Positions 27,607 to 37,600 of a DNA stretch of 64,000 bases are shown piece by piece. The notes under the pieces are model-generated. The model saw only the letters and a program-made list of their open reading frames with translations. It did no database searches and was not told where the DNA came from. This stretch comes from Polyangiaceae bacterium (GTDB lineage Bacteria; Myxococcota_A; Polyangia; Polyangiales; Polyangiaceae). The DNA is taken from contig JANRKO010000019.1 of NCBI GenBank assembly GCA_033763455.1, forward strand, positions 179,084 to 243,083. Reading direction: 5' to 3'. Both the position numbers and the translations under genes were made by a program. Within the stretch, counting starts at the first letter, position 1. The number at the start of each line of letters is the position of its first letter.

Positions 27607-29160
27607 ATGTTGCCAGCCCACGTTTCTCCCCGTCCTTTCGATCTTCAGGCCCTAGCAGAGAACGCCCCGGACGCGCCCGCGTTCATTTTGCCGGCTGGCC
27701 CCATCTCGTACGCCGAGCTGGCTCAAGGCTCTGCCCAAACGCTTACGTTGCTGCTGAGCTATGGTCTGGATCTCGAAACACCGGTGCCCGTTGTCTTCAG
27801 TGCGGAGCCAAATGTTTCAACGCTGGTCTTGTTGAGCACCCTACTCCACGTAGGGGCCCCCTGTGTTCCGCTGCATCCGCGCTGGTCGGCGAGCGAACGG
27901 CAGGCTGCGCTACTCGGCAAGCCCGCCCACCTGGTGTTGCCTGAAGGCTGGGTCGAAACCTTGCCTCAGCAGCCGTCTAAGATCGCGTGCGAAGCGTTTG
28001 CCAGCCCACCACTTAAAGCAGCGCGAGGTTCGGGTCACCCGGGCGCGATCATCTTCACCTCCGGAACTAGCGGAATGCCCCGCGGCGTGTGTCTCACCCA
28101 AGCGGCCCTGTGCGCGTCTGCACAAGCCAGCGCCGAGAATCTAGGCTGGCAGGACAACGATCGTTGGTTGCTCAATTTGCCGCTCGCCCACATCGGAGGC
28201 CTATCGGTACTCATTCGTTGTCTTTTGGCCCAAAAGCCCTGCGTTTTGGCGAACTCCGAACAGCTACGTTCCCCCTCCTCACTCGTAACATGGATCGAAC
28301 AAAGCCAAGCCACACTGCTTTCGCTTGTCCCTACCCAGCTTTCGCGCTGGCTCAATACCCCAGGCCTTCGGCTTCCTAGCTCCGTGCGCGCCATCCTTGT
28401 CGGCGGCGCCGCATTATCTCCCACTCTTGAGCACGAGGCCCTCGCCAGGGGTTGGCCCATCTTGCCCACCTATGGCTTAACGGAGGCGGCTTCCCAGGTG
28501 GCGACGCGTTCGCCCGCGAAGTCCTCGTCCACGCACACCACTTGGCGTGAACTTTACCCGAGCGAGGATGGCACCGTCGGCAAACCTCTGGCTCACTTAG
28601 AGCTGCGAATCGCCACGGCAGAGGCCTCCACCACTACTTCCGCACTCGACCCGCTGAGGGCCGCTTCAGGGATCGTGGAAATACGGGGAACCAGCCTTTT
28701 CTCCGGTTACTGGGGCGAACCTGAGCGAACCCACGGCGCGTGGTTCTCCACGGCGGATGTCGGGATGTTGAACAAAGATGGATATCTGAAGGTGCTCGGG
28801 CGTGCCGACGATATGGTGATTTCGGGCGGCGAAAATGTCGCCCCAGACGAAGTAGAAGCGGCCTTGCTGGAGTTCCCCGGTGTTCTAGGCGCTTGTGTGT
28901 TTGGCGTTCCAGATCAGGAATGGGGCGAGGCGTTGGCCTGCGTCGTAAGCCCTGAATCCGTCTCAACGGAGCTCCTACATACACATCTAGCCAATAGGCT
29001 TTCTGGCTTCAAATGCCCCAAATGGATTGCCCTCTGCCCTGAGTTACCGACAGGAAGCTCAGGCAAGGTGAAACGCCGTGATATCCGCGCGAGCTTCCGT
29101 GAAAAGCTGCGGCCGTGGGTATTGGGGGGAGTAATCGACGCTGGTGGTTGGTCAACTTGA
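27607..29160 (+). CDS. menE: o-Succinylbenzoate-CoA ligase
   Basis: FTSGTSG-PRGV, WLL-LPL-HIGGL, SLVPTQL, TYGLTEAASQV, GRADDMVISGGENV-P-EVE, GKV-R. Confidence 0.9.
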   Translation: MLPAHVSPRPFDLQALAENAPDAPAFILPAGPISYAELAQGSAQTLTLLLSYGLDLETPVPVVFSAEPNVSTLVLLSTLLHVGAPCVPLHPRWSASERQAALLGKPAHLVLPEGWVETLPQQPSKIACEAFASPPLKAARGSGHPGAIIFTSGTSGMPRGVCLTQAALCASAQASAENLGWQDNDRWLLNLPLAHIGGLSVLIRCLLAQKPCVLANSEQLRSPSSLVTWIEQSQATLLSLVPTQLSRWLNTPGLRLPSSVRAILVGGAALSPTLEHEALARGWPILPTYGLTEAASQVATRSPAKSSSTHTTWRELYPSEDGTVGKPLAHLELRIATAEASTTTSALDPLRAASGIVEIRGTSLFSGYWGEPERTHGAWFSTADVGMLNKDGYLKVLGRADDMVISGGENVAPDEVEAALLEFPGVLGACVFGVPDQEWGEALACVVSPESVSTELLHTHLANRLSGFKCPKWIALCPELPTGSSGKVKRRDIRASFREKLRPWVLGGVIDAGGWST

Positions 29161-29185
29161 CCAACAGCCAGATGGGCGCCAGAAT
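29147..29185 (+). promoter_or_regulatory. Operator and sigma70 promoter of the phd-vapC pair
   Basis: Perfect dyad GTTGGTCAA-C-TTGACCAAC (29147-29165) overlapping -35 TTGACC; 17-bp spacer; -10 CAGAAT (29180-29185); ATG follows after 6 nt. Confidence 0.7.
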
Positions 29186-29191
29186 AGAACG

Positions 29192-29440
29192 ATGGCCAAA
29201 GGTTCCGTAAATCTGTACGAAGCGAAAACCCGCTTATCGGAACTCGTCGATAAGGCATCGAAAGGCGAAAGCACCATTATCGCTAAAGATGGCAAACCCA
29301 TGGCTCGCCTTGTTCCCTTGCCGCGAAAGAAACCTCAACGCAAGCCAGGCGCGGGGAAAGGTAAAGTTTGGATTGCCAATGACTTTGATGCTCCCCTGCC
29401 CGCCGATGTGTTGGCTGCTTTTGAAGGCTACGAGGAATGA
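29192..29440 (+). CDS. Phd/YefM-family antitoxin
   Basis: VNLYEAKTRLSELV--A--GE--IIAK-GKPMARLVP, G-VWIA-DFDAPLP. Confidence 0.92.
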   Translation: MAKGSVNLYEAKTRLSELVDKASKGESTIIAKDGKPMARLVPLPRKKPQRKPGAGKGKVWIANDFDAPLPADVLAAFEGYEE

Positions 29441-29811
29441 GGCTGTTGCTCGACACACATGCATTTCTATGGTGGTGGGTCGATGATGATCGGTTGCTAC
29501 CTAAAACACGAGCCCTCATCAGTCACGCCGATGAAGTGTTCGTCAGTGCTGCTTCAACGTGGGAGATGGCGATAAAACTTAGGTTGGGCAAGCTGAAATT
29601 TCAGGGGCGGTTTGATGAAGCAGTTTCCACTTGCGGATTCACAGAGCTTCCTGTGCGTTCCGCCCATTCCGAATTGGTGAGGGCCTTGCCTCAGCATCAT
29701 CGCGATCCTTTCGATCGTATGCTTATCTCGCAGGCGCTTCTTGAACGTTTAAGCTTGGTGAGTTGCGATGAAGCGATGAATGCCTATGACGTAGCCGTGG
29801 TGTGGGCCTAA
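29437..29811 (+). CDS. vapC: PIN-domain VapC-family toxin
   Basis: MRLLLDTHAFLWW, VSAASTWEMAIK, HRDPFDRMLISQA; ATGA overlap with the antitoxin. Confidence 0.93.
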   Translation: MRLLLDTHAFLWWWVDDDRLLPKTRALISHADEVFVSAASTWEMAIKLRLGKLKFQGRFDEAVSTCGFTELPVRSAHSELVRALPQHHRDPFDRMLISQALLERLSLVSCDEAMNAYDVAVVWA

Positions 29812-29829
29812 GGGGTCTGAGGCTAGTAC

Positions 29830-30936
29830 TTAGTTCTCTACTTTCACCCAGTCCTGGTTGTACTCGACCAGCATGTGGTAGCCGACGCGCGAGGAGACGG
29901 GGCCAACGAAAGTAATCGATTGACCTTTCTGCAGGCTGGGGTTGGGGCTAAGGAAATCGTAAAGGATGACGTCGCTGCGGCCCAGAGCCCAATAGGTCTG
30001 GCCATCAGTTGCTGCCACACTGTCACCGAGTTGCGCCGAGACCCTCACCATCTGATAAAAGTTGATGTCCGTTATTTTGGCAGGTTCCCTGACGAGCACG
30101 CAGTTACCTTGGGAGCCAGATACAAAGCTCGACGCTGCGGTGATCTCACCAAGCCGGATGAAAGTGCTCACCTCCGTCGCCCTGAAACTGATACGCATGC
30201 CGGTGCGCACTTCGAAGTCCGGGCAGCAGCTGGGGCCCGCTGCCGGATCGAGCGCCACCTTCAGCATGGCGTGATCGTCGGCGATCCAGAAGGTCGTTCG
30301 GGACGCGGAAACTCCTGGCCCGGCTGTTGCTCCTGCGGTTGCCGTGACGATCGCTCCCTGAACGTTGACGTCTATGGCTTGCACTTGGTCGTTCAACGGA
30401 TAGCTGGCGAGGATCGCGTCCAGGTTGGCATCGCCGTACGCAACGTTACTAGCATTCGTCGTGAAAATGCCGCCGTTTGGGGCGATTGACCCCGGACCAG
30501 TCAACTGCCCCACGAAGCCTGCGCCAGGTTCGCAATCCGCAGCTGTGGGCGCACCTCCGACCATCACGCTGCCGCCGTAGGATGCTTGGCCTCCCTGGGC
30601 GCTTGCACCACCCGCTCCCGCTCGATTACCACCGCCCGCAGCACCACCAATAGGCGAGCCGCCGACTCCCAATACCAGCTGGCCTCCCGCGCCCGCAGTA
30701 CGGATACCGCCAAGCCCGACGAGACTCCCGGAGCCGCCAAGCCCGCCAAGGACCCCATTGCCGCCAAGCAGGGCGCTCGATGCGCCCGACGAACCAGGTG
30801 TTGATCCCGTCGAGAGCGACATCCCAGCTCCTCCGGTCTGTTGTGTGTTGCCACCGTGTTCTTTGCCGCAACCGCCGAACGCAAGGCCCGCCATACTAAA
30901 GTAAAGCACGAACCGCTGCCACCCCGGATACATCAT
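29830..30936 (-). CDS. Lipoprotein with a Gly-rich tether and a possible tandem OB-fold C-terminal region
   Basis: LAFGGC lipobox; long Gly-rich linker; V-VQGAIVTA...FWIAD...V-TG-RISF and second-module L-KGQ-ITFVGPV patterns resembling OB folds. Confidence 0.55.
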   Translation of the reverse strand: MMYPGWQRFVLYFSMAGLAFGGCGKEHGGNTQQTGGAGMSLSTGSTPGSSGASSALLGGNGVLGGLGGSGSLVGLGGIRTAGAGGQLVLGVGGSPIGGAAGGGNRAGAGGASAQGGQASYGGSVMVGGAPTAADCEPGAGFVGQLTGPGSIAPNGGIFTTNASNVAYGDANLDAILASYPLNDQVQAIDVNVQGAIVTATAGATAGPGVSASRTTFWIADDHAMLKVALDPAAGPSCCPDFEVRTGMRISFRATEVSTFIRLGEITAASSFVSGSQGNCVLVREPAKITDINFYQMVRVSAQLGDSVAATDGQTYWALGRSDVILYDFLSPNPSLQKGQSITFVGPVSSRVGYHMLVEYNQDWVKVEN

Positions 30937-31161
30937 GGACCAAGGGTAGGCGGCGGGTGGATCGGACGCAAGCTCGGGGTGTGACTTGAGGGCTTTCCAC
31001 TCGCACTCATGCCTCTGAACGGTATGCGTGCTCGCACTCTTCACCTTTTGAAGGCGGAAGCGGCCGCGCAACGCAAGGACTCGGTTACATCCGGCGCCCC
31101 CATTTTGAGCCAGCTTCGCGCCCAGGCAGCTCGCGCATTCTCGCGCAGTAAGAGGCACGCC

Positions 31162-31199
31162 TTGCGCAGAAGGTGACTCATATGTACACTGTACATATG
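31162..31199 (+). promoter_or_regulatory. Promoter and operator of brnT-brnA
   Basis: -35 TTGCGC (31162-31167), 17-bp spacer, -10 TACACT (31185-31190); perfect dyad CATATGTACA-C-TGTACATATG (31179-31199) covering the -10 and the ATG. Confidence 0.75.
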
Positions 31200-31481
31200 T
31201 CTCTTCGCTTTGAGTGGGACGCCACCAAGGACACATCGAATCGACGCAAGCACGGCGTTTCATTTGAGGAGGCGAGAACGGTCTTCTACGACGATCACGC
31301 CCTGCTTCTAGATGACCCGGATCATTCCGAACAGGAAGCGCGGTTCATTCTGCTTGGGATGAGTTCGGCGCTCCGTCTGCTGCTCGTCTGCCACTGCTAC
31401 CGAGGGGATGAGCGCTGCATTCGCATCATTTCAGCCCGAAAGTCAAATCGCCAAGAGCAACGACAGTACAACCCACGGTGA
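31197..31481 (+). CDS. brnT: BrnT-family ribonuclease toxin
   Basis: FEWD--K---N--KHGVSFEEA--VF-D, DPDHS--E-RF--LG, IRIISARK. Confidence 0.93.
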   Translation: MSLRFEWDATKDTSNRRKHGVSFEEARTVFYDDHALLLDDPDHSEQEARFILLGMSSALRLLLVCHCYRGDERCIRIISARKSNRQEQRQYNPR

Positions 31482-31486
31482 ATCCA

Positions 31487-31708
31487 ATGAGAAATAACTA
31501 CGACTTTTCAGGAGCCAGGAAGAATCCTTACGCTAAGCTGCTCAAGAAACCTGTCACTATCCGTCTCGACGAAGACACGGTCGGCTACTTTAAACAGCTA
31601 GCGGCGGAATCAGAGGTCCCTTATCAAACGCTAATAAACCTGTATTTACGCGACTGCGCTACATCAAAGAAGCGGCTGAAACTGACGTGGAAGGCGAGTG
31701 CCGTCTAA
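31487..31708 (+). CDS. brnA: BrnA-family (ribbon-helix-helix) antitoxin
   Basis: YDFS-ARKNPYAK-LKK-VTIRLD-----YFK, PYQTLINLYLRDC. Confidence 0.92.
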   Translation: MRNNYDFSGARKNPYAKLLKKPVTIRLDEDTVGYFKQLAAESEVPYQTLINLYLRDCATSKKRLKLTWKASAV

Positions 31709-31947
31709 CTCCGTCGATGAAAGCTTTGGGCGATGCGTGGAGAGCAACCGGGACAAAGCGAAACGGCGAGCCCCGCGCTTGTTCTCCGGCACACCTTCCA
31801 TGCTCACCTTGCCATCTAAGCTGCGCCTATGCGATCTTCGTCGAAGACCGACACCGTTGGCGGAACACTGCAGTGAGGAGAATGGTGAGCGCTTCATCTG
31901 CAGAAAGCTTTTACGCGTAGAGCTGAACCGCAACTGTACCCCAGCTT

Positions 31948-32055
31948 CGCGGACCACTCTCGCGCCCTGCGTTAAGTATTTTGCATGCGAAGTACTTTTG
32001 CGCACACGCGAACCCCTCTCGCGCTACCGTTCATTTACTTTGCATGCCAAGTACT
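31948..32055. repeat. Diverged tandem duplication (59-bp period); each copy carries an 18-bp GCATGC-centred dyad
   Basis: TATTTTGCATGCGAAGTA (31977-31994) and TACTTTGCATGCCAAGTA (32036-32053); shared upstream CTCTCGCGC. Confidence 0.8.
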
Positions 32056-32151
32056 GAAACTAGGCATTCCAAACCACCTTAGTGACCAAGCCGGGATCAC
32101 AACGGTAGACACATTGTATCTTTGTGCCCCCCTGCGCCGTGGAGCGCGCCT

Positions 32152-32601
32152 TCAAGCTTGTGGCAGCGCGGCCAAGATGGAGCGCACGGGTTCAGGGATA
32201 TCGATGCGCTTGAATGGACCGAGCTCAACGAACGTATGTACCGATTGTGCGATCGCTAGAACTTGGTCGTTCATGGTGAGCTGAAAGGCTAGAGCCACTT
32301 CCGTTGGTTCTAGATGCGCGAGCACGATGCCAATGTTCACCGTGTCGCCAAACCGTAGAGGCTTGAAAAAGTCAGCCTCGGCGTGGCGAATAGGGGCAGC
32401 CCACTTGCGATCGCGCAGCACTTGGTCAAGCGGGTGGCCCCTCTCGGCGAGGAAATTTACGTATGCATCATGGCAATACTCAATGATGCGCGGGTAAAAC
32501 ACGATCCCCGCCGCGTCCACGTCCTGAAAACGCACACGCCGCAATTCAGAATATCCGGCGGGGAGAGGGCGTGAGAGAGCGGCTTTTTCGAAGCGGAACA
32601 T
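32152..32601 (-). CDS. Hotdog-fold acyl-CoA thioesterase (4HBT family); candidate DHNA-CoA hydrolase
   Basis: RRVRFQDVDAAGIVFYPR----CHDAY, PI-HAEADF-KPLRFGD. Confidence 0.85.
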   Translation of the reverse strand: MFRFEKAALSRPLPAGYSELRRVRFQDVDAAGIVFYPRIIEYCHDAYVNFLAERGHPLDQVLRDRKWAAPIRHAEADFFKPLRFGDTVNIGIVLAHLEPTEVALAFQLTMNDQVLAIAQSVHTFVELGPFKRIDIPEPVRSILAALPQA

Positions 32602-32697
32602 ACGTGCGTTTAGCCAGAGGTGAGGTTGCTGACACCGGAGTTGAATGCCAAGCAGGAAGCTACCAGGGCTCCCCCAACGGCGCTACACTCCTCCCCC

Positions 32698-33252
32698 ATG
32701 CAAAGAAGCCGAAACACCCTAAATCCCGCTTTGGCCGCCGCCTGGCTCACCGCCGCTGCACTCTCCGGGATCGCTTGTGAACGCCGCACGCCGCCCACCC
32801 AAGAAGCACTGCCTTCGGCGACAAGTGCGGCCGTGGCAACGGCAGCCGTGGCCCCGAGCAAGGCCTACGGAGAAAAGATCACCGCGGGAGTTCGAGTACC
32901 CCTAGCTGAAGTATTAAACGCGCCGCAAAGCTTCAGCGGAAAAACACTCATCGTGGAGGGCGATGTGCGCAAAGCGTGCTCGCGGAAGGGGTGTTGGATG
33001 GAGGTGGGAACCTCGGCGGAGCCTTCAGCTCCAGGGTGCCGGGTCACTTTCAAAGATTACGCGTTCTTCGTCCCCACGGATTCCGCAGGAGCCAAAGCGC
33101 GCCTCGCTGGCCACGTGGAGATCGAGAACATTACGCCAAGCTTCGTGAAACACCTCGAAGAAGAAGGCGCTCATTTCCCCAACAAGAATGCTGACGGCAG
33201 CGCCCAGTCTGTAACGTTCGTGGCAAGTGGGGTCGAGCTCACCAAAAGCTAG
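32698..33252 (+). CDS. DUF4920-like lipoprotein
   Basis: LSGIAC lipobox; YGEKI, G-V--AC--KGCWM, RVTFKDYAFFVP-D, A-GV. Confidence 0.8.
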   Translation: MQRSRNTLNPALAAAWLTAAALSGIACERRTPPTQEALPSATSAAVATAAVAPSKAYGEKITAGVRVPLAEVLNAPQSFSGKTLIVEGDVRKACSRKGCWMEVGTSAEPSAPGCRVTFKDYAFFVPTDSAGAKARLAGHVEIENITPSFVKHLEEEGAHFPNKNADGSAQSVTFVASGVELTKS

Positions 33253-33256
33253 CTAG

Positions 33257-34561
33257 TTACGCGGCCTGTTTGGCCGGGCGCAAAGCAACCCACAAAAGCC
33301 GCAGCACGTGGCCGCCCAACAGGATGACAACGCCTGTGGCCCACACATCGAGCGGCAACATGACGATCAAACCAACAGAGGCGAGCAGCGCCAAGCCCGG
33401 CACGAACTTCGGCGCCAAGCGGTCTTTCTCGTCCAACTTCAGAGCCGCTAGATTGGTGAAGGCAGCACATACAAGCGTAGAGAAGGCCGCGAAATTCCAG
33501 CATGTGCGCAGATCGAGGAACACTGCGAGACCACCGATAGCGAGCCCCAAGAGCACCGTGGCGACATACGGCGTCTCCCCGGAATCCACCTTGGTGAGCA
33601 CGCCTGGGAGATCCTCACGGGCTCCCATGGCTTGTGCCAACCGCGCACCGCCAACGATCAAATTGAGCAGCACACCGAGCATTGCCAACACTCCGCCGGC
33701 GCTCACCGCTTGACCGACCCAGCGAGAATTGTACCGATCCGAAAGAGCAGCAAGTGGAGAGAGCGTCTTTTCGGTCTGCTCGGCCAAGGTTGGGTAACCG
33801 ACGACCGCTATCGCCACCGCAACCACTACGACATAGAGCACCAACGCGACGCCGACCGAAATCAAGGTCGCCGCGAGCCGTGTTCCACGCGAATCGCTAG
33901 TGGCGCCTTCCGACTTCGATACCTGGCTAAATCCCATAAACGCTGGAAATAATAGCGCAGCCGCGGTTAACATGGCTTCGGCTGGCGAACTCTTCCCGAC
34001 GCTTACCAATGCCAAATTCTGTGCCGCGCCGCCGGCGGTACGGGAGACCATCATCGCCACAAACAACAGCAGGCCCGCCAACGCGCCCACGGTAAGGATG
34101 ATGTTAACGACATTGCCGCGCCGAAAGCCGCTTAACACCAACAGGGATATCCCGGCGATAGCTCCTACGGCGATGGTCATTGCCGAGCCGGGCTCGCCAC
34201 GACGTAAAAGCTCCATCACGTAAGCGGAATACCCCAAAGCTGCAGCCGCTCCGGCGGTGGCCATAGCCACCAAGCCAGCCCACCCCGCCGTGAAACCCAA
34301 CCCCGCGTTCAGGTACTTGTAGCCGAAATCATAAGCACCCACAGCCGAAGGTTCAGCCGAACCAAGCGCGACCCGGCTCACGCCTGTGCCGCATGCAACC
34401 AGCGCTGCCAGGCACAAGCCAAACAATACCCATGGGCCGGCAACATCAGCACCAAATCCAAGGGCAACGAAGGCCCCCGTTCCAACCATGGCCCCCGTTC
34501 CGAGAAGTAGGCCACTACCGATACCAGGCTTGCGTTCAGGTTGTGTTTCCACGAGGAGCAA
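33257..34561 (-). CDS. APC-family amino acid permease
   Basis: About 12 TM segments; GAMVGTGAFV--G, G-Y--GYKYL, GF-AGW, AMG---DLP. Confidence 0.85.
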   Translation of the reverse strand: MLLVETQPERKPGIGSGLLLGTGAMVGTGAFVALGFGADVAGPWVLFGLCLAALVACGTGVSRVALGSAEPSAVGAYDFGYKYLNAGLGFTAGWAGLVAMATAGAAAALGYSAYVMELLRRGEPGSAMTIAVGAIAGISLLVLSGFRRGNVVNIILTVGALAGLLLFVAMMVSRTAGGAAQNLALVSVGKSSPAEAMLTAAALLFPAFMGFSQVSKSEGATSDSRGTRLAATLISVGVALVLYVVVVAVAIAVVGYPTLAEQTEKTLSPLAALSDRYNSRWVGQAVSAGGVLAMLGVLLNLIVGGARLAQAMGAREDLPGVLTKVDSGETPYVATVLLGLAIGGLAVFLDLRTCWNFAAFSTLVCAAFTNLAALKLDEKDRLAPKFVPGLALLASVGLIVMLPLDVWATGVVILLGGHVLRLLWVALRPAKQAA

Positions 34562-34610
34562 TTAGCCCCCTGGCTGGAAGAAAGGCAAGTGCCGTGAAGT
34601 CGCCTGGGCG

Positions 34611-37600
34611 TCAGACGGTTTCGAGCTGAGCCAAGAATTCCTGGGCACCTGCAAGATCGGGGTTTTCGGTGAGGGCTTTGGCGACCAGAACCTTCGCGCG
34701 CCTGGGATCGCCCTGCCGCTGGGCCAATACAGCAAGGTGAAAGTGTGCTTCTCCCTTAACGACCTGGGAAACGCCCTCTTCCTCTTCGGTGCCGGTGCGC
34801 ATCATGGCTACGGTCCGGAACGCTCGCGTGGCCAGTTCGTCGTCGTGGTGATCCAATGCCAGAAGGCCTAATTCCATGGCGATTTCGTAGTTCTTGAGGT
34901 CCATCTCAAACGCTTGCGTCATGGCGCTTAAGGCTTCTCTTGGTTCTTCCTGCAAAAGCAAAATGCGCGCGCGTTCGCGATGGACATTGGCGAGAACCTT
35001 GGCGCGACGACCACGGTAGCTTTCGATCAAGGTCGTGAGCACGTTATCAGCCGCCACCAGATCGCCGCCTACTGCGTGTGCTCGCGCCAACAGCACCAGC
35101 CCGGGCACGCTCTCTGGACTCAACTCCTGCGCTTCCTTTAAGACCGAAAGCGCGCGCCCAAGATCCCCTTCTGGCTCCAAGAGATGTTCCACCGCCCGGT
35201 ACATCAGGTTCAGTCGAGTGGATACGTCAGCGGCAGAAGCAGCATCGCGCAGCAGAAGTTCGCCCAATTCAGCGTGCGCATGAGTTTCTGCGTACACGCG
35301 GTAGAGGTTTTCCCTAAGGAGTTCATTATTTGGTGCGGCAGCACACGCGCGCTCAAGTGCACCCCGTGCATCTTCAATGCGCCCGGCTTTCTTGCACACC
35401 TGAGCAAGCCTCAGGGCCGTTTGTGTGAGGGCTTCGCCCTCTTCCAGCGTTACTAACTTGCGATAGGCAGCCCCCGCCTGGACGAAGTTACCGGCCTCCT
35501 CTTCGAGCTCCGCGAGCTTACGGAGAGCACCTTTGTCTTTGGGAGATTCTTTCACCAATTCAGCTAGCCAAAGGCCCGCCGTTTCACGCTCACCGCGCGC
35601 CAATAGTAGATCGATCCAACGCAAGAGCAGCGCCGGACGGGTCTCAGCGGTTGCTCGCCCTACAGCGAGCTCTAAAGTTGAGGCGAGCTCATCGCCGTAG
35701 GTGCCCGTGAGAGCATTGGCCCGATCCAAGTCATCGAGCGCATCCAGGTCGCGAGACATCGAACGCAAGATGTTAGCGCGCAGCACCAACCATTCGGACC
35801 GCTGTGGGGAAGCTGAGATCAGCGGTTCGAGTAGGTTGAGCGCTGCTTCGGGCTGGCCGGCGGCCTGGTAGGCGTCCACGAGTTGGTGAAGGAGGGCTTC
35901 GTCGTCGGGGCGTTCTTGGAACGCACGACCGAGCACTCGGACCATCGCGGAGGCGTTTCCGCGGCGGCGATGGGACTCCACGAGATCGGCGAGGATACGC
36001 GAACTCATGGGGCAGGCTTCGAACCCAAGCTCTAAAGCCTCCAGCGCTAGCTCATCTTCTCCGCGTTCAATTCGCAGCGTATGCAGCTGTTCGCACAAAG
36101 CTTCCGCTCTGGGTCCCCGCTCACTCTTCAACAAGCCCTCTAATGCCTCAGCCATTAACCCAGTATTGCCGTGTGTAGTCGAGAGCCGAAGCACAGCGCC
36201 AAGGGCCGGTGCGCTGCTCTTGTCGAAGTCCAACACGGTTTGGTAAGCGAGCAGGGCATCGGTCGGACGTGCTTGACGCTCTAAGAGGTCCCCGAGACGC
36301 ATAGATAGTGATAGAATTGAGGTTAGGTGCGCGCGCCGCTTGGCGCCTTCGAGTTGGAGGTTCAGAAGCTCGGTGAGCTCGTCCAAGCGCCCTAGCTTCT
36401 CCAGCACTTTGGAGAGCAGGAGCGCCGCGTCCACTTGGCGCGAATCTTCGGACAACACTTGCTTGAGGCCAGCGATGGCTTCTTCTTCGCGCCCAGGCTC
36501 GGAAAGCAGTACATTCGCCTCCTCAAGCCTCAACCGAGCGCGATCTTCTTGGGTTGTTGCCAAAGGTATCGTAGCCGAAAGCAAGGTCACAAGCTTCTCG
36601 GTGTTGCCGAGCGTTCGGTAGGCCGAAAGTAGAGGTTCCCAAACCTCCCTATCTTGAGGATTGGCTTGGCGAAGGATCTCATAGTTTCGCACAGCGCGCT
36701 CAAGATCATTGGCGGCTACCGCGGCTTCGGCAACGGCTCGACGGAGCTTCGGCGCACGCTCCGCGTCTTGAAAAGGGATGGCCTTCTCGCGCAACACGAG
36801 CGCTTCGTGGGTACGCCCCGAGGCCTCGCAGATCTTCGCCAATCGCAACATGGCAAACCCGACAAATTCTGGCTTTAGCACGCGCGTATCAACGCTGAGC
36901 GCGGTCCTTAGGATGGCTTCGGCTTGTGCGGCATCATTACACTGAATAGCGAGCTTGTAGGCCTCGCGGGCGGCCTCTTCGTTCTCCGGTTCGAAGCGCA
37001 CGATGGTGTGAAGTGCCGCAAGGCGAGTTGGCGGGTCATTGAGAGTTTTGGTGAGGCGCTCAATGATGCGAGCCGAGCCGAGATCGGTCGCCCCAAGGTT
37101 ATGCGTTCTCTTAAGGATCTCGATGGCACGAACAGGGTCAAAGGTGAGGCTCAGCGCCTTCTCAAGCAACTCAAGCCCGCTTGGAACAGAGCCTTTTTCA
37201 CTGAGCTTCAACTCGGCTAGGCGGTAGAAAGGCTCTGCATCCAAAGCCACCTCGCCCGATGCCAAAGCGGCCCGCACTCTGCGTTCCAGGATCCTCGATT
37301 CCGCGTCCGAATCTCCGAATGCCTCAAACGCTCGACCTAGGGCTGACCAAGCGCCAAAATCATTCGGCGTGTTGCGTTCTAGCTGCTCCTGAAGCGTTAA
37401 CGCGCGGCGAGTAAGCTCCGGCAAAGCCGCTTCAAGTTGCCCAGGCGTTTCTCGCAGCAGTTCAGCGAGCTGTGCAAGGGCCGTAATGGCATCCAGAGGA
37501 GAGTTCGAGCGTTCCAAGGTTGAGCGGAGCGCCCGCACTAGTAGTTGGCGCTGACCTCGTTGTTGAAGCGCCCTTTCAAGAGCTTTGGCCTCGCGCGGAT

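Noticed and set aside
31703..31977. Complete attC site from GTCTAAC to GTTAAGT
   Set aside because: About 275 bp is too long for attC, the cores are not complementary, and there is no integrase.
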